A DNA stretch of 64,000 bases, taken from the NCBI GenBank assembly GCA_951406725.2, contig OX597824.1:39804001-39868000 (forward strand), written 5' to 3'. This DNA comes from Octopus vulgaris. Taxonomy: Eukaryota. Made by a program: the position numbers and the translations under genes. The stretch's first letter is position 1, and each line of letters starts with the position of its first letter. This document shows, in pieces, positions 25,637 through 39,723 of this stretch. The notes below the pieces were generated by a model, which did not search any database, had not been told where the DNA came from, and was given only the letters and a program-made list of their open reading frames with translations.

Positions 25637-27044
25637 GTGCGAGTGCGCGTGTGTGTGTATTGAACTGATCACTAATTGTCAGTATTTGAAACTTCAGTAG
25701 GTGTTCATAAATGCACTGAAGTTGGAATATTTCATACAACTAGTTTTGAACAGTAGCCATGTTGGGACATCGCCATCAGGGTTGTACTGCCCCTATCAAA
25801 ATAGGCTCTAGAACTTTTTTCACCTAACTCGGAAGTATGAAGTACAAGGTGGATCTGGAGAGGATTTGAACTTGAAATATGAAGGAAAGTAAGCAACTAC
25901 CACAAAGCATTTTACCAGATGCTCTACAGATTCTGCTTTATACAAATAACATCTGAAGCGGTACTACTGCTGTAGCTGTGACTGCTACACTCACAAACAT
26001 CGCAGACCACATCCAGAAGATAGTCAACCGAAGTATTGAAATTGCTCACCAACACATTCCAGCTTTTATCTCACTGACATATTTGTGTCTTTGTTCTGTT
26101 CTTTTAGCTGCAACTACAGTGGTTTCTCTTCCTCAAAAGTAACTAGTCGTATATCACATCTACCCAGTTCCATCCACCTTTCAATCGTCTTTCATTTTCT
26201 TATTTTCCTCATTGAGTTTTTTATAATCTATTGCCACACACGAACCCTCATTCCTTATTTTTCCTCACCAGAATATCCTGCCTTATTTTCCTTATGTTGT
26301 CAATCTTCATTTGTTCAGGGACATCAACTGTATCAGTCTCACCGATCACTGAGGATTTGTAAAGGCTAAGGGCGCAGAACCCTTGTAATATTTTTAAGCC
26401 CTTAAATTAAAAGAAAGAGAGAAATAACACAGTATATAAAAATTAATAAATATTTCGCGAAAACGCAAATTTTTAAGACCGTTGAACGACTGTCAGCGAC
26501 AGGCTGATGGAGGGCAGTGTTGTCAGTGTCATAAGGTCAGCAATTTTGGAGGAGAAGGTAAGCCAGTTGAGAAAGTAACTCAACTGGTCCTTATTTTATC
26601 GACCCCTAAAAGATGAAAGGCAATTTCGAACACTGCAGAATTTGAACTCTGAACGTAAAGATGGATGAAATGCCGTTAAGCATTAGTATATAATATTACT
26701 AGTGTTACAAATTGTTGCGTGGCTGTCTCGACAGAAATATTACTTGATGCTACATGGCGGTACAATATATCGTTGTAATAATTTATAAAAACATCAATGT
26801 TTGTTTCCGTGGCTTTCATTATTGAATAAATACTGTCCATTTAACGTTATTGGTGAAAATAGACTACAATATTTTCCAGGAGACACAGAGAGAATGTATA
26901 TATATACATGCTATCTTTTATCTTTCCTTTATCTTTTTATTGTTTAAGTCATTAGATTGTAGCCATGCTGGAGCACAGCCTTGAAGGACTTTTAGCTGAA
27001 TATATATATATATATATATATATATTTCTATAGATAGAAAGATA

Positions 27045-27184
27045 CATACATACATACATACATACATACATGCATACATGCATGCATACATACATACATA
27101 CATACATACATACATACATACATACATACATACATACATACATACATACATACATACATACATACATACATACATACATACATA
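27045..27184. repeat. (CATA)n microsatellite
   Basis: Directly visible. Confidence 0.95.
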
Positions 27185-28066
27185 CGAGGTGTAGTCAAAA
27201 AGTATCCGATCTTTGGCCAAAATATTTTTAAAATCTCACCACTTTGATTTAGTCTCCTTCAAAGTATTCGCCTTGGAAGTCTATACACTTCTGCCAGCGG
27301 TCCTGCCAGTACTGGAAACATTTTTTGAAATTACTTTTTGGGATGCTGTAGAATTGTACCGTCGAATTTTGCTTAATATTCTCTGTTGACTCAAGTCTTC
27401 TACCTTTGAGTGTGTTTTTTTTTTTATTTTGAGCTTTGGAAAAAGCCAAAAGTTACACGGAGCCAAATCTGGAAAGTAGGAATCCTTACGAACAAGTGGT
27501 GTGTTTTGCTTACCGAGGAATGCTTGAACGACGTGGACAGAATGAGCGTGTGCGTTGTAATGGTGGAGTTGTCAGTTGTTTGCTGCCCACAGGTCGGGTC
27601 GTTTTCGCCCCACGGTTTCACGATGGCGACGAAGAACCTCCAGATAGTATTCTTTGTTAATTGTCTGGCTACAACGTGGTTCATTGTCCACTGAGGTTCT
27701 GCCATTTTTGGCATCATCTCTAAAGTTCTTCTGAATCTTCTCGATAGCCTGGGCTTGACTATCACCAAGTTTTGACAGAATTTGATGCAGTATCTTTGCT
27801 CAATGCGCTCGGTCATACTCTTTACACTTTTCCTCTTTTACTTGTTTCAGTCATTTGACTGCGGCCATGCTGGAGCACCGCCTTTAATCGAGCAACTCGA
27901 TCCCGGGACTTATTCTTTGTAAGCCTAGGGCTTATTCTATCGGTCTCTTTTTGCCAAACCGCTAAGTGACGGGGACATAAACACACCACCATCGGTTGCC
28001 AAGCAATGCTAGGGGGACAAACACAGACACACAAACGCACACACATACATATATATATATACATAT

Positions 28067-28097
<31 letters not shown>

Positions 28098-28321
28098 TAC
28101 ATACATATATACATCTTCACTCAAAAAAAAAATCGCACAGCACTTCTTCGCACCTGTATTCAACACGTCACTGCGGGTGAATGGCGCAACCTACAAACAC
28201 GAAAATTTTTGCACATACTCACGAAGGACGCGGTTACCTAATACCCATGCGGGTTTTGCTGACGCATTACTACTTTGTAAAAAACAATCAAGGTCGGACG
28301 GGTACTTTTTGACTACACCTC

Positions 28322-28322
<1 letters not shown>
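27185..28322 (-). mobile_element. Internally deleted mariner element interrupted by a SINE
   Basis: 24-bp TIRs CGAGGTGTAGTCAAAAAGTAYCCG with TA on both sides; transposase pieces MTERIEQRYCIKFCQ, PDLAPCNFWLFPKLK and WQDRWQKCIDFQGEYFEGD. Confidence 0.92.
27818..28110 (-). mobile_element. SINE family A 3' half nested in the mariner
   Basis: cttgtttcagtcatttgactgcggccatgctggagcaccgcc... inserted just upstream of the transposase ATG at 27816. Confidence 0.9.
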
Positions 28323-28366
<44 letters not shown>

Positions 28367-28477
28367 GATGGCTTCCAGTTTTCCATGTCAGCTAACTTTT
28401 TCTCAGCTGTAACTTTAACTTTTATGCCCCCCGTCGCCAAAATAACAATTCACCAGTACATCAAGCTGTTCTTGAAA

Positions 28478-28745
28478 TGTTGCACTCGCAATCACAAGAC
28501 CATGGGTTCGATTCCCGGTGCAAGGCGGTGCGAATAAGTTCATAAAGCAAATCATTTCACGTTGTTCTACGGTTATTTCGACATCTAACATGTGGCACAC
28601 TTGTGCGTCTGTACAGACAAAATCGATTTGATGGCAGGAGTGAACTAATGTACAACGCATACATCTGATCACTATAAACAAATCATTTGTGCCGCTTGTT
28701 CAGTAAAAGTTGAACACACATACGCCGTCTACGACGGGAGGGTCT
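28478..28745 (+). mobile_element. Probable additional tRNA-headed SINE
   Basis: B-box gggttcgattccc at about 28505 followed by a body ending ccgtctacgacgggag; a similar ending occurs at about 45255-45272. Confidence 0.5.
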
Positions 28746-28799
28746 ATTATTCATACACACAAACACATATTTATATAATATATATATGTATGGATTTAA

Positions 28800-28831
<32 letters not shown>

Positions 28832-29121
28832 TGTGTGTGTGTATTTGTGTATGTGTGCGTATGTATGTATTTACATATTGTTTATTCCGTTACTTATTTC
28901 AGACATTAGACTGCGCCTGAACATGCAAGGACACCATCTACAAGGGTTTTGTGAACATATCAACCGCTGTATGAATTTTAAAATCTGAAACTTATTCTTT
29001 CCGTTTTTTTTTTCTTTTTTCGTTGACCGTTAAGTAACCGGTACATAAAAAGACCAACACCAATTGCCAAGTAGTGTGGAGACAAACACAAAGATACGCA
29101 TACACATACACACACACACAA

Positions 29122-29157
<36 letters not shown>

Positions 29158-29248
29158 GACGGAGTTTCACTGGAGTTGGGTCGCATCGGTCGTCCTGGGA
29201 TTATAGTAGAAGACACTTACCCGTTGTGCCTGCACTCAAAAACAGATG

Positions 29249-29342
29249 TACCCTAGGTGAGAGTCGAACTCACGATCTTCAAGTTTGTCGACACATTTTG
29301 CTTGATTACGAAACTGACGTTCTGCTTACTGCGGAACAGATA
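29249..29342 (-). pseudogene. Intron-containing elongator tRNA-Met-like pseudogene (anticodon now CGT)
   Basis: cgcagtaagcagaacgtcagtttCGTa[about 21-nt insert]acttgaagatcgtgagttcgactctcacctagggta aligns to eukaryotic tRNA-Met(e) CGCAGTAGGCAGCGCGTCAGTCTCATAATCTGAAGGTCGTGAGTTCG; the acceptor stem is disrupted. Confidence 0.65.
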
Positions 29343-29631
29343 TCAGTTATATCAATATTAATTAACTTTTGTGTGTTTATTAGAATATTACATTATTAAA
29401 TAGCTCACATACACTTATTAGAATATGAACTTATTAAATACCATATTTCCTGCTTTTATGAATATCAAATGTAAATAAACACCTAATGAGTGTTTAAAAG
29501 AATGTCAGTTTATTAAATTCCTCACTTATGATTAATACAATGACAGCTTATTAAATACAATTAAATATCCGAAGTGTGATTAATAGAATAACAACTTTTT
29601 AATTGCTGCACTCGTATTTAATATGCCAGCT

Positions 29632-30256
29632 AAGGCGGCGAGCTGGCAGAAACGTTAGCACACCGGGTGAAATGCGTAGCCGTATTTCGTCTGTCTTTAC
29701 GTTCTGAGTTCAAATTCCGCCGAGGCCGACTTTGCCTTTCGTCCTTTCGGAGCCAATAAATTAAGTACCAGTTACGCACTGGAGTCGATATAATCGACTT
29801 AATCGTTTTGTCTGTCCTTGTTTGTCCTCTCTATGTTTATCCCCTTCTGGGCAATAAAGAAATAAGAAACGTTAGCACGCCGGGCGAAATGTTTAGCGGT
29901 ATTTCGTCTGCCGTTACGTTCTGAGTTCAAATTCCACCGAGGTCGACTTTACCTTTCATCCTTTCGGGGTCGATTATATAAGTACCAGTTACGCACTGGG
30001 GTCGATGTAATTGACTTAATCCGTGTGTCTGTCCTTGTTTGACCCCTCTGTGTTTAGCCCCTTGTGGGTAGTAAAGAAATAGGTATTTCGTCTGTCTTTA
30101 CGTTCTCAGTTCAAATTCCGCCGAGGTCGACTTACCCTTTCATCCTTTCGGGGTCAATAAATTAAGTACCAGTTGCGTACTGGAGTTGATCTAATCGACT
30201 GGCCGCCTCCCCAAAAATTTTGGGTCTTGTGCCTAAAGTAGAAAAAAAGGAAAAAA
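29632..30256 (+). mobile_element. Trimeric SINE family B with target-site duplication
   Basis: Three tandem cores; flanks atttaatatgccagct (29616-29631) and atttaatataccagtt (30257-30272), 14/16 identical. Confidence 0.92.
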
Positions 30257-32004
30257 ATTTAATATACCAGTTTATTAAACGCGTGAAGGAAGTATTTAAT
30301 GTTTGGGTATTGGAGGTCTGCCTGCTTCGAATATAATAAACCCCATCAGCGAAGCAAAAATTTCATCGTAATTACCCAAGAAACGAAACAGGAAATCACT
30401 GGGTAGATATACATTATTGTTAACGCGAGTAAGATTCAAAACTTCAGAAGTGGGTTATTGAGTTGATTGAACAACTAAATCCACGTAGTGGAGCGACGGA
30501 GATCCAGACGCTAAAATGCATCGAAGGAATAGCATTAATTGAATAGCTCTAATTAAACAGTTATATTGCAATCACTTGCTCTTATCTACTTATTTCGTTG
30601 CAGCAGTTCTGTTCTAACGATAAATCCCGCTGAGAAACGAGACTTACCACTAGACTCTGTAAGATATTGATTGGTGTTGTTATTTAAGCCTATAATGAAA
30701 GGCATTCCAACCGTGACCACCACATCTTTGTCTAGGTGTCGTTTCCTATGACGATGGGGTGTGTTGTGAAGGAGATTTCATTGTAATTTCTTGAATGTCG
30801 AGCTAGCATCGAGAAGCTTCTTATTCGTTGTCTTGAACACAGAATATCATTTGATCTGTGGTGTTCTACTATATCTGCTAATTCGCTGTCTTAGTTGTAT
30901 TTTCCTTGTAGAGCCCAAGAAGACGAAAATAAGGTGGGTGCGCATCGTTGGACGAGGAGGGTTCAGTTATTCCATCAACTGAATTTTCCTGCTCCTGAAT
31001 TAACGTATAATTAACCGAATATTACATAGTCATCTATAAAAAAAGTCCAACACCGGTTGTCAAGTGTTTTGGTGACATGTGTATCCTTACCATAATTCTT
31101 AAGCAGAATCTCCATAACACAGTGTATGAGAAGGTTGCAGCTTTCGAATTACAGGTACAACTAACCCGACAGCTTTATACAAAGTTTACGTTTACCCAAT
31201 TTCCCTTCAGGTCGATCCGAGACTAAAGAAAATGACATTTTCACAGGATGACCCTCAGTAGGATCGGACCCAAAGCCTCGTGATTGTGAAGCGAACTTCT
31301 TAACCATCAAGTCATACTACGCCTACAGATGTGAATACATGTATTATTAAAATGTATATAAATAGTGTTAATATATAAATAATGTCACTGCACGAATTTT
31401 AAAATAGAAAATAAAATATTATAGTACTTGAACTATCTTTACATGAAACTGAGGCACAATTAAATCTGATAAATGCTACCCAATAGAGGCTAATTAAATT
31501 TTCACCTTTCTAAAAAAAAACACGAGATTTGTATGGTATAATTGCTCTCTTTGAAAAAGAAACGGAAAGTTTTAAAAACATATGTTTATATGTTTGAATT
31601 TATCGATCTGTAAAACCGGAAGGAGAGCTTTTTCCCGACGCTATCATCACGCAGAGAACTACCAACAACAATTTATTTTTAGTCTTTTTTTTTTGTTGGT
31701 TGTTGTTTTCTTTTAGACTAGCAACACGAGAAAAAAGAAAGAGGCATCAACGAGAACAATAACAACAAAAACCAACGTCAACAAAAGCAAATAGAAATAA
31801 TTATGATAACAAGTAAACAATCAGTTTCTATAAGCAGTATCACAAACAACTCACCAAACAGTATCACAAACAGTACAACAAACACTCTTTTCCTGAAAAG
31901 CAACAAGAACAACAAACATTCTCATTGCCACCAGCAACAAGAACTAAAAACAATAACAGCAAGATCTACTACTACCACCACGATACTACCAATTTTTTTT
32001 TAAC

Positions 32005-32227
32005 CTTCTACTATAAGCACAAAGTTTGAAATTTGTCGGGGGCGAGATAGTGGATTACATTGGCCTTCAGTATTCAACGGGTACTTGTATTTATTTTATC
32101 GACCCCGAAGGAAAAAAAATAGCAAAGTTAACTTCGGCGGAATTTGAACTCGGAACGTAATCAGCCAGAAGAAATGCCGTTTAGCATTTTGTCCGATATG
32201 CTAACGATTCTCCCACCTCGCGGCCTT
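32005..32227 (-). mobile_element. SINE family B copy
   Basis: ttttatcgaccccgaagg...cggcggaatttgaactcggaacgtaa...gctaacgattct. Confidence 0.8.
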
Positions 32228-32722
32228 TCGCCGCCAACACCATAAACTAACTCGGAAGAAGCAATGAAAATTGACTTATGTTGTGTCGTTCGACCTACAG
32301 GAAATAACAGCCAAATCTTCCTCAAATCATACACGCTAAGTCTTCCTCAAATCCCGATTACATAAAGGCTAGATGATCATGGTTGGAAAAGGATTTATTT
32401 AATCATGGTTCTGTTCGATCGTGGCTGATCTGAGTCTAAACAACAACATATACTAACCCAGACCACTATATTGAACGCCGTTACCCCCACCACCACCATC
32501 ACCACCCTACATACCAAACTAACACAGAGAATACGAGAAACTTTGCTCTTTTATTTGTTTAAGTCGTTTAGATTACGGCCATGCTGGGGACCATCTAAAT
32601 TCACCCCTCACACACACATATACACTTAAAATAAGTACCAGGTACTTACTTTACTGGGATCCTTCGCCGCACCGCTAGGATACAGGGGTCGTAAACAAAC
32701 CAAGTCTTAGGTTGACAAACAC

Positions 32723-32778
<56 letters not shown>

Positions 32779-33115
32779 ACACACTCACACACACACAAAC
32801 ACACATACAGAGTTTCTGCCCGCCAAACTCACCCACAGAAATTAGTCGACCAGGGACAATAATAGAAAATACTTGTAGCAGGTGCTATACAATGGGACTG
32901 AACCCGAAATGATGGAAAGCGAACCTCTTCACCACACAACTATGTCTACAAAAAAACAACAACAAAACTGCCAAACATACCATTATCTATCATTAACATC
33001 AGCAAATTTCACGATTCGGTACCTCACCATCAACAAATATACAAAATACTCAACATTCCTTAAGAAACAACCCCAAACCCTGACTAGTGAACGACCTTTC
33101 AGGTGCCCAACTCTA

Positions 33116-33562
33116 TGTAATATACCGAGTATAATCCACATTTTTTTCCCGAAATTTAAAGGTGAAAATCCCTAGTACGTACTATATACGAGGTTAAAAA
33201 TGAAAAATATCTTCTAAGCAATGTCCGAGTCCCTATTTGCTGTCCGGCAATGTTTATTCAGACGCATTTTGTGATGTCGGGCGCGAAGTCCTAAAAGAAT
33301 CATCCATAACTTGCAGTAAGCAACATTTATTAAAATAAAAGTATTCAGAACACTCCCATATAACAGTTGAGAACATCACCATTATTGTATTACGCATGCG
33401 CGGAAGCGTTTGTTCGACTAGGTGCTGCTGGCTTAATTACGCACGACTCGAGTTAGAGAAGGAGTGCGTATTATACACAAGGTTTAGGTTTTTCAGAGGT
33501 ATAGCCCCCTAATATCCCCTGCGTATTATACTCAAGGGCGGACTATACTCGAAGATTTACGG
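33116..33562. mobile_element. pogo/Tc2-like MITE
   Basis: Right end gcggactatactcgaagatttacgg|TA; degenerate inverse tgtaatataccgagtataatccac at left; repeated subterminal cgtattatac motifs. Confidence 0.7.
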
Positions 33563-33750
33563 TACAAAAGCAGCATTTTCAGATCTTACAATTTCTCAAC
33601 CGAAGGACCGCGGTTTTGGTTTTTTTAATGGGTGATATTTATTTCAAGATATTATTATTTCAGGTTCATATCTCTTGGATATTTATGAACAGAATAGCAA
33701 AGTCGATTGATTAATCTAGAAACAATATAAGATTTTGTCCTAGAGATCTG

Positions 33751-34058
33751 GGTAAAGGGTAAAGACCCCCTTCGGTCATGAATGACCATGGGATTGCATT
33801 TAGAACGTTCCCTTCCGTAACACAGGTCTGGGAAAGGTTGTTTATGGAGAACCAGCCAACGCCACCGATGTTATCCAAGGGAAAGGCAAAGGTTGATACA
33901 GCTTGGCACCAGTGACGTCGCAACTCATTTCTACAGATGAGTGAACTGGAGCAACATGAAATAAAGTGTCTTGCTCAAGAGCACAACACACATCCCGGTC
34001 CATGAATCGAAGTCACTACCTCATGATTGCGAGCACGACGCTCTAACCACTGAACCAT
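33751..34058 (-). mobile_element. SINE family C copy
   Basis: Reverse complement of the 19441-19780 family. Confidence 0.88.
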
Positions 34059-34522
34059 TAGGTACTTTACCAATCAGCAAGATGTATGTTACGAAGCTAG
34101 AGTTTCTATGTCGTCGACATTAACATCATGCCTTGGAACATTATTTCGTCTGTAAGGTTCCTATTCCTGTTCTATAATGTCTACGAACCATGTCCTCGAA
34201 GTATCAATATATTGAAATGAATGTCACTTATTTCGCTTAAATATACTTTCTCTGTGGACGAACTGTTATTCAAAAGTATTAATTAGCTATTTATTTTTTA
34301 TTGATAGAATATTTCTAGATACGTTTTCCAAAATTAAAACAATAATATCAGTGTGTGTGAGAATGTGTGTGTGCGCAAGCGCGCATTTATGTCGAGTTAT
34401 AATAAAACCAAATTTACATTAAATTGAAGGATTCAACACTTTCTGTAGAGTACATATATTTTTAACGGGAATAGTGCTCACTGGCAACACTATGCTTGTT
34501 AAGGAATAAAACTTAAATATTA

Positions 34523-34812
34523 TATATAATTCAAATAATGATAGACATAAACCAAATCACAAATAAAAAATAGAATTTATTTTTTAAAAACATATAACTA
34601 GATCACAAAAAGTACAAAACTGATAAACAATATATAACAATATTACATTTATATTATAATATTACATTTACTTATTACTTATTACTTATTATATATTGTT
34701 TATTCATTTTTGTACTTTTTATGATCTAGTTATATGTTTTTTAAAAAAAGTGTATATATTTTATTTTTTATTTATGATTTGGTTTATGTCTATCGTTGTT
34801 TGAATTGCATAA
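34523..34812. repeat. AT-rich inverted repeat, about 115-bp arms
   Basis: gatagacataaaccaaatca...aaaacatataactagatca...ataaacaatatata pairs with tatatattgtttat...tgatctagttatatgtttt...tgatttggtttatgtctatc. Confidence 0.85.
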
Positions 34813-34963
34813 TAGTAGTTTTACTGTAATTTACATATTATATATTTATACTGTGAAATTTGATTTATACTGAATTGAATTTTTCCCTGTAAGTTTGGAG
34901 TTATACTCCCTAATATTATATATACATATATATGTGTATATATATATGTGTGTGTGTGTGTAT

Positions 34964-35025
<62 letters not shown>

Positions 35026-35027
<2 letters not shown>

Positions 35028-35278
35028 ACAAAAAAAGGGACAACAAAACATCCAGATAGATGATACAAAGAATAGAAGGACGGGTCATTCGGAGTTTTCT
35101 TTCCTCAATCGAGTTCCAGATTTTCCTTGCAATTTTGGCTGGTTATACTCGAGATTGCTCAATAAGCCGAAATTGCAAAGATAATCTGGAACTCGACTAA
35201 CGAAAGAAAACACCGAATGACCCGTCCCTGTTTTCTCTGTATAGTCTATCCGGATGTTTTGTTGTCCCTTTTTTGTAT
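35026..35278. repeat. Inverted repeat of a dispersed repeat family (also at 9238-9360 and 60485-60830)
   Basis: Arms 35026-35140 and 35165-35278 (gggacaacaaaacatcc...gacgggtcattcgg / ccgaatgacccgtc...ggatgttttgttgtccc). Confidence 0.85.
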
Positions 35279-35390
35279 CACCTAAGTGTCTGGATGTTTT
35301 GCGTTCTTGTCCCATTTTGTATTTTTTCATATATATAAAACATATAGAGGCCTACGTACACTTTAGTCACTTATACATATATACATATAC

Positions 35391-35446
<56 letters not shown>

Positions 35447-35712
35447 TGGAATAATAACTGAAGTATTGTGTAGACTATATTGTATAAAGGATCGTGGGTA
35501 AGGCCACAAAACATATTGAGTAGCTTTGTGGGTATTTACAAAAAAATTATATGTATATATATATATATATATAATCAATAATAATAAAGAATAAAATGAA
35601 ATAAATTAATAATTAATAATTTTACCAAGTAGTTCATTATGTTAAAAGATCCATTATCGGTAAACATAAACAAAAATTTATTATAGTTATACTCATAATT
35701 ATAATAAATTTT

Positions 35713-35759
<47 letters not shown>

Positions 35760-35768
35760 TCACATATA

Positions 35769-37398
35769 CAGTTGCGGCCAAAATGTTCAGAACGGCATTG
35801 TTTTCGTCAGAAAAGTAGGTATAAATTTTTATTAAAGTTGTTTTATATTCTATAATTTTCACAGACAATAAATACAATATTAATTGGTATTGTCTGAAAT
35901 TTTGGTGTAATTTCAGTGGATAATACAAAAGTTATGGATGATATAATGATTTACTGCAAAACCCTTGGTGGCCAAAATTATCAGAACGGTTAAAAAAATA
36001 ACAAAATAATCAAAAAGTGACAGAGAATGCTGGAATTATTTCATATTTAGTGTGAAGCCCTTTAGCTTCAATCAAAGTTTGACATTTTTGACTGCATGGG
36101 GAAATTAAATTTTCAATTTCTTGCTGGGTGATCTTATTCCATTCTTCCTGAAGGGCATTCCATAATTGCTCGGTTGTTTTAGGATTTCTGGCTTTCAAAC
36201 GTCCTCCTAGAATATTCCACACATTTTCAATAGGATTGAGGTCTGGGGTTTGAGCAGGCCAATCTATAACAATAACCTTTTCAGCCTTGAGGAAGTTCAT
36301 GACCACCTTAGCCTTGTGACATGGGGCATTGTCCTGCATGAATATGGGTGGTCGCTTAGTTGAATTTCTCAGCACAGGCAAGACATGATCTTTTACAAGT
36401 TGTTTATAAACTCCTGCATTTAACTTTCCATGTAATCGCAGCAAAGGGCCCACAACATCTCCAGATACCATTCCCCAAACCATGACACTTCCTCCACCGA
36501 ATTTAACACTAGTCTTAAGGCATTTAGCTGACAATTTTTCACCTGCTTTTCGACGAACGTACCTTTTCCCATCTGAGCCAAATAACATAGACTTAGATTC
36601 ATCTCTGAAATGCACCGTTTGCAATTTTTCTTGAGACCACAACATATGTTCGGTTGCAAAGGTAAGACGACACTTTTTATTCTTGGAGCTGATCAGTGGC
36701 TTCACTGCGGGTGCTCTTGCTTGTAGGTCATGTTCAACTAAAGGACGAGACACAGTTTTTCGAGATAAAGTTTTCTTCGGTACAATGCTCATTTCCCGAA
36801 AAATAGCAGCAGCAGTTTTAAATCTGTCCTTTTTAACCAACTTTACCATAGCACGATCTTCTCTCTTGGTCATTTTTCTTGGCCTACCTGTAGACTTTCT
36901 TGCTTCACACGAACCTCAATCATCGTAGACCTTAAGAATACCGTGAACAACACTTTTTGACTTGTTAACAATTTTTGCAATAGACCTAATACTTAAATTA
37001 TCCTTCTTTCGAAGCTTAATGATCTGCTGACGAATTGGTAACGGAGTAAGTGGCATTATATTAACATAGTACACTGCAGATATTCTTACTAATGTTTAGT
37101 AAACGAACTGTCACGTAAACAAATTCAAAACATTAGAGTTCGACGGTTAAATATACTAAAACATGGAGTAAAAGCAACCGTTCTGATAATTTTGACCGCC
37201 ATGGGTTTTGCAGTAAATCACTAAATCATCTATAACTGTTTTATTATCCTCTCAAATTACACCAAAATCTCAGACAATAACAAATAATATCGTATTTATT
37301 GTCTGTGAAAATTATAGAATATAAAACAACTTTGATAAAAACTTATACCTACTTTTCTGACGAAAACAATGCCGTTCTGAACATTTTGGCCGCAACTG
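35769..37398 (-). mobile_element. Full-length Tc1-family DNA transposon, IR/DR type
   Basis: TA on both sides; about 220-bp TIRs starting CAGTTGCGGCCAAAATGTTCAGAACGG with an inner direct repeat GGCCAAAATTATCAGAACGG; 1630 bp. Confidence 0.97.
36010..37056 (-). pseudogene. Tc1 DD34E transposase with a single premature stop
   Basis: ATG at 37056 is in frame with the 287-aa ORF; TGA at 36916-36918; GRPRK linker; DESK, QDNAPCH and PDLNPIEN with 34 residues between the second D and E. Confidence 0.95.
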
Positions 37399-37942
37399 TA
37401 TATATATATTGAGAGAGAGGGACACTTAAATCAATTATCAAAAGCATGCTACATGCTAGTAAGTCATGCTCATTTACAAGTGATGGCTATGTAGTTACTG
37501 GACAGTCTCTCGTTGTTCCTACCCTCCATCGAGTGGAGCATCCAGGATGTGAGAGCCAGAAGATAAAGAGGACTGCATCAGCATAGTGCTGGCACGCGTT
37601 CTCAGCTGAGTAGGACGGGGCAACCTGAAAGGAAGCGCCAAGAACATACTTCAACCAGTCCAGGAATCGAACCCACTACGTTATATTCATATATCCATAC
37701 ACCTGTGTGCTTGTGTTTGTATGTGTGTGTGTGTGTGTTTGTATGTGTGTGTGTTTGTGTGTATGTATGAATGAATGTGTAACTGTATATGGTTATGTAT
37801 AGACTTACATATTTATATATATATATATATATATACATATATATATTTACATACACATATATATATATATATATATACACATATATATATATATACATAT
37901 ATACATATGTAAATATATATATATATACAAATACATATATAC

Positions 37943-37973
<31 letters not shown>

Positions 37974-38004
37974 ATATATATATATATATACATATATAAA
38001 TATA

Positions 38005-38041
<37 letters not shown>

Positions 38042-38070
38042 GTAAATAAATATATTAAATAAATATATAA

Positions 38071-38122
<52 letters not shown>

Positions 38123-38918
38123 CAGCACACACCAACATACCCACACCCACTCAAGCAAGACATACACACTCGCACATATATATCTGCTGAAACTTTGTAA
38201 GTTGAACTTCACAAATATATATGTGCGTGAGTGTGTGTATATATGTGTGTAAGTGTGTGTATATGTGTGTGAGTGTCTGTGCATGAACGCGTACACCTAT
38301 ACTCACATACTCAAATAGGTGTATGTATGATGAATGTATGTATGCGCGTTAAGGTGGGTGGGCTTTTTGCATGTGTATAAGCTAATACTTGAACGGTTCC
38401 ACTGTTAGGACCCTGGAGAAACTGCGAAAATCGAACAGCGCAAGCAATTTATATTGATTGACAAAAAATATTTCAAAGAGATCAAAATGAAAAACACACA
38501 AAAAAAATATATGATAAATATTCCCATTAGGCAAAAGATATACAACAGCTTTTTAGAAGATGTGAGAGAAAAGAATGACAGAAAGCTAGAATTACAAAAA
38601 CCAGAATGACGGAATAAATGACGTAATAAAATAAAATAAAGTAATAAAAGGGGAGACATTTTAGAGGCGACATGATCGTAAATAGAGAATGGAAGCCTGT
38701 TATGTAGTTACATAAATAACTTTATATTAAGCGTTCTCTTAAAGTAAACCATGTCTATAAAAATGCTTTGTGAATAAATGAATGTAAGTAACATTATAGT
38801 TAATATAGTTAAGTATTTGGTTAATGAAATTATAAAAGTTATAGAAGACGCTGTCTATGTATTATTAAGAGCTATAAAATTAGAAGTGTATTAAAGTATT
38901 GATACATACTGGCATATA

Positions 38919-38970
<52 letters not shown>

Positions 38971-39198
38971 GGGGGGGGTTATATACATGTATGTAGGTAT
39001 GTATGTATGTATATATGTATGTGTGTGTGTATGTGTGTGTATGTGTGTGTGTGTGTGTGTGTGTAATGTTCATACAGATTGATATTTGTTTATGTGGCAA
39101 ATATATAAAAGCAATTCAGAATTAATCTGAAGGACTATTCATTCAATGCATTATAGTAGAGTGAACGTTTATTAAATTTCTGCAAGGAAAAGGTTGAA

Positions 39199-39238
39199 GG
39201 TAACTTCGAAGTTTCGGTTTGTTCGCCTTCATCAGACT
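39199..39238 (-). ncRNA. Hammerhead-like motif, intact core with weak stems I and II
   Basis: aGT-CTGATGA-A-GG cgaacaaa CC-GAAA-CTTCGAAG-TT-ACc. Confidence 0.55.
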
Positions 39239-39342
39239 GTCTGATAAATGGGAGAGGGGGAAATCGAAATTTCGAAGTGTCAAATAAACTTCTAAAACTA
39301 TAATAGGCATAGTATAATAAACATATATATTTGCGTATGTGT

Positions 39343-39382
<40 letters not shown>

Positions 39383-39498
39383 TGGACACACAGGTTTGTG
39401 TGTCACACAGCTAGCTAGAGGCGATGGCCTCTTGGTGCTAATCAACGACAGCATTCGTCCTATTTTTCTGGACTACCATGTTAGCTTGGCGATAACTA

Positions 39499-39591
<93 letters not shown>

Positions 39592-39673
39592 TATATATAC
39601 ATATATATATTTACATATACATATACATATACATATATATATATACACATATACATATATATGTATACATTAT

Positions 39674-39720
<47 letters not shown>

Positions 39721-39723
<3 letters not shown>

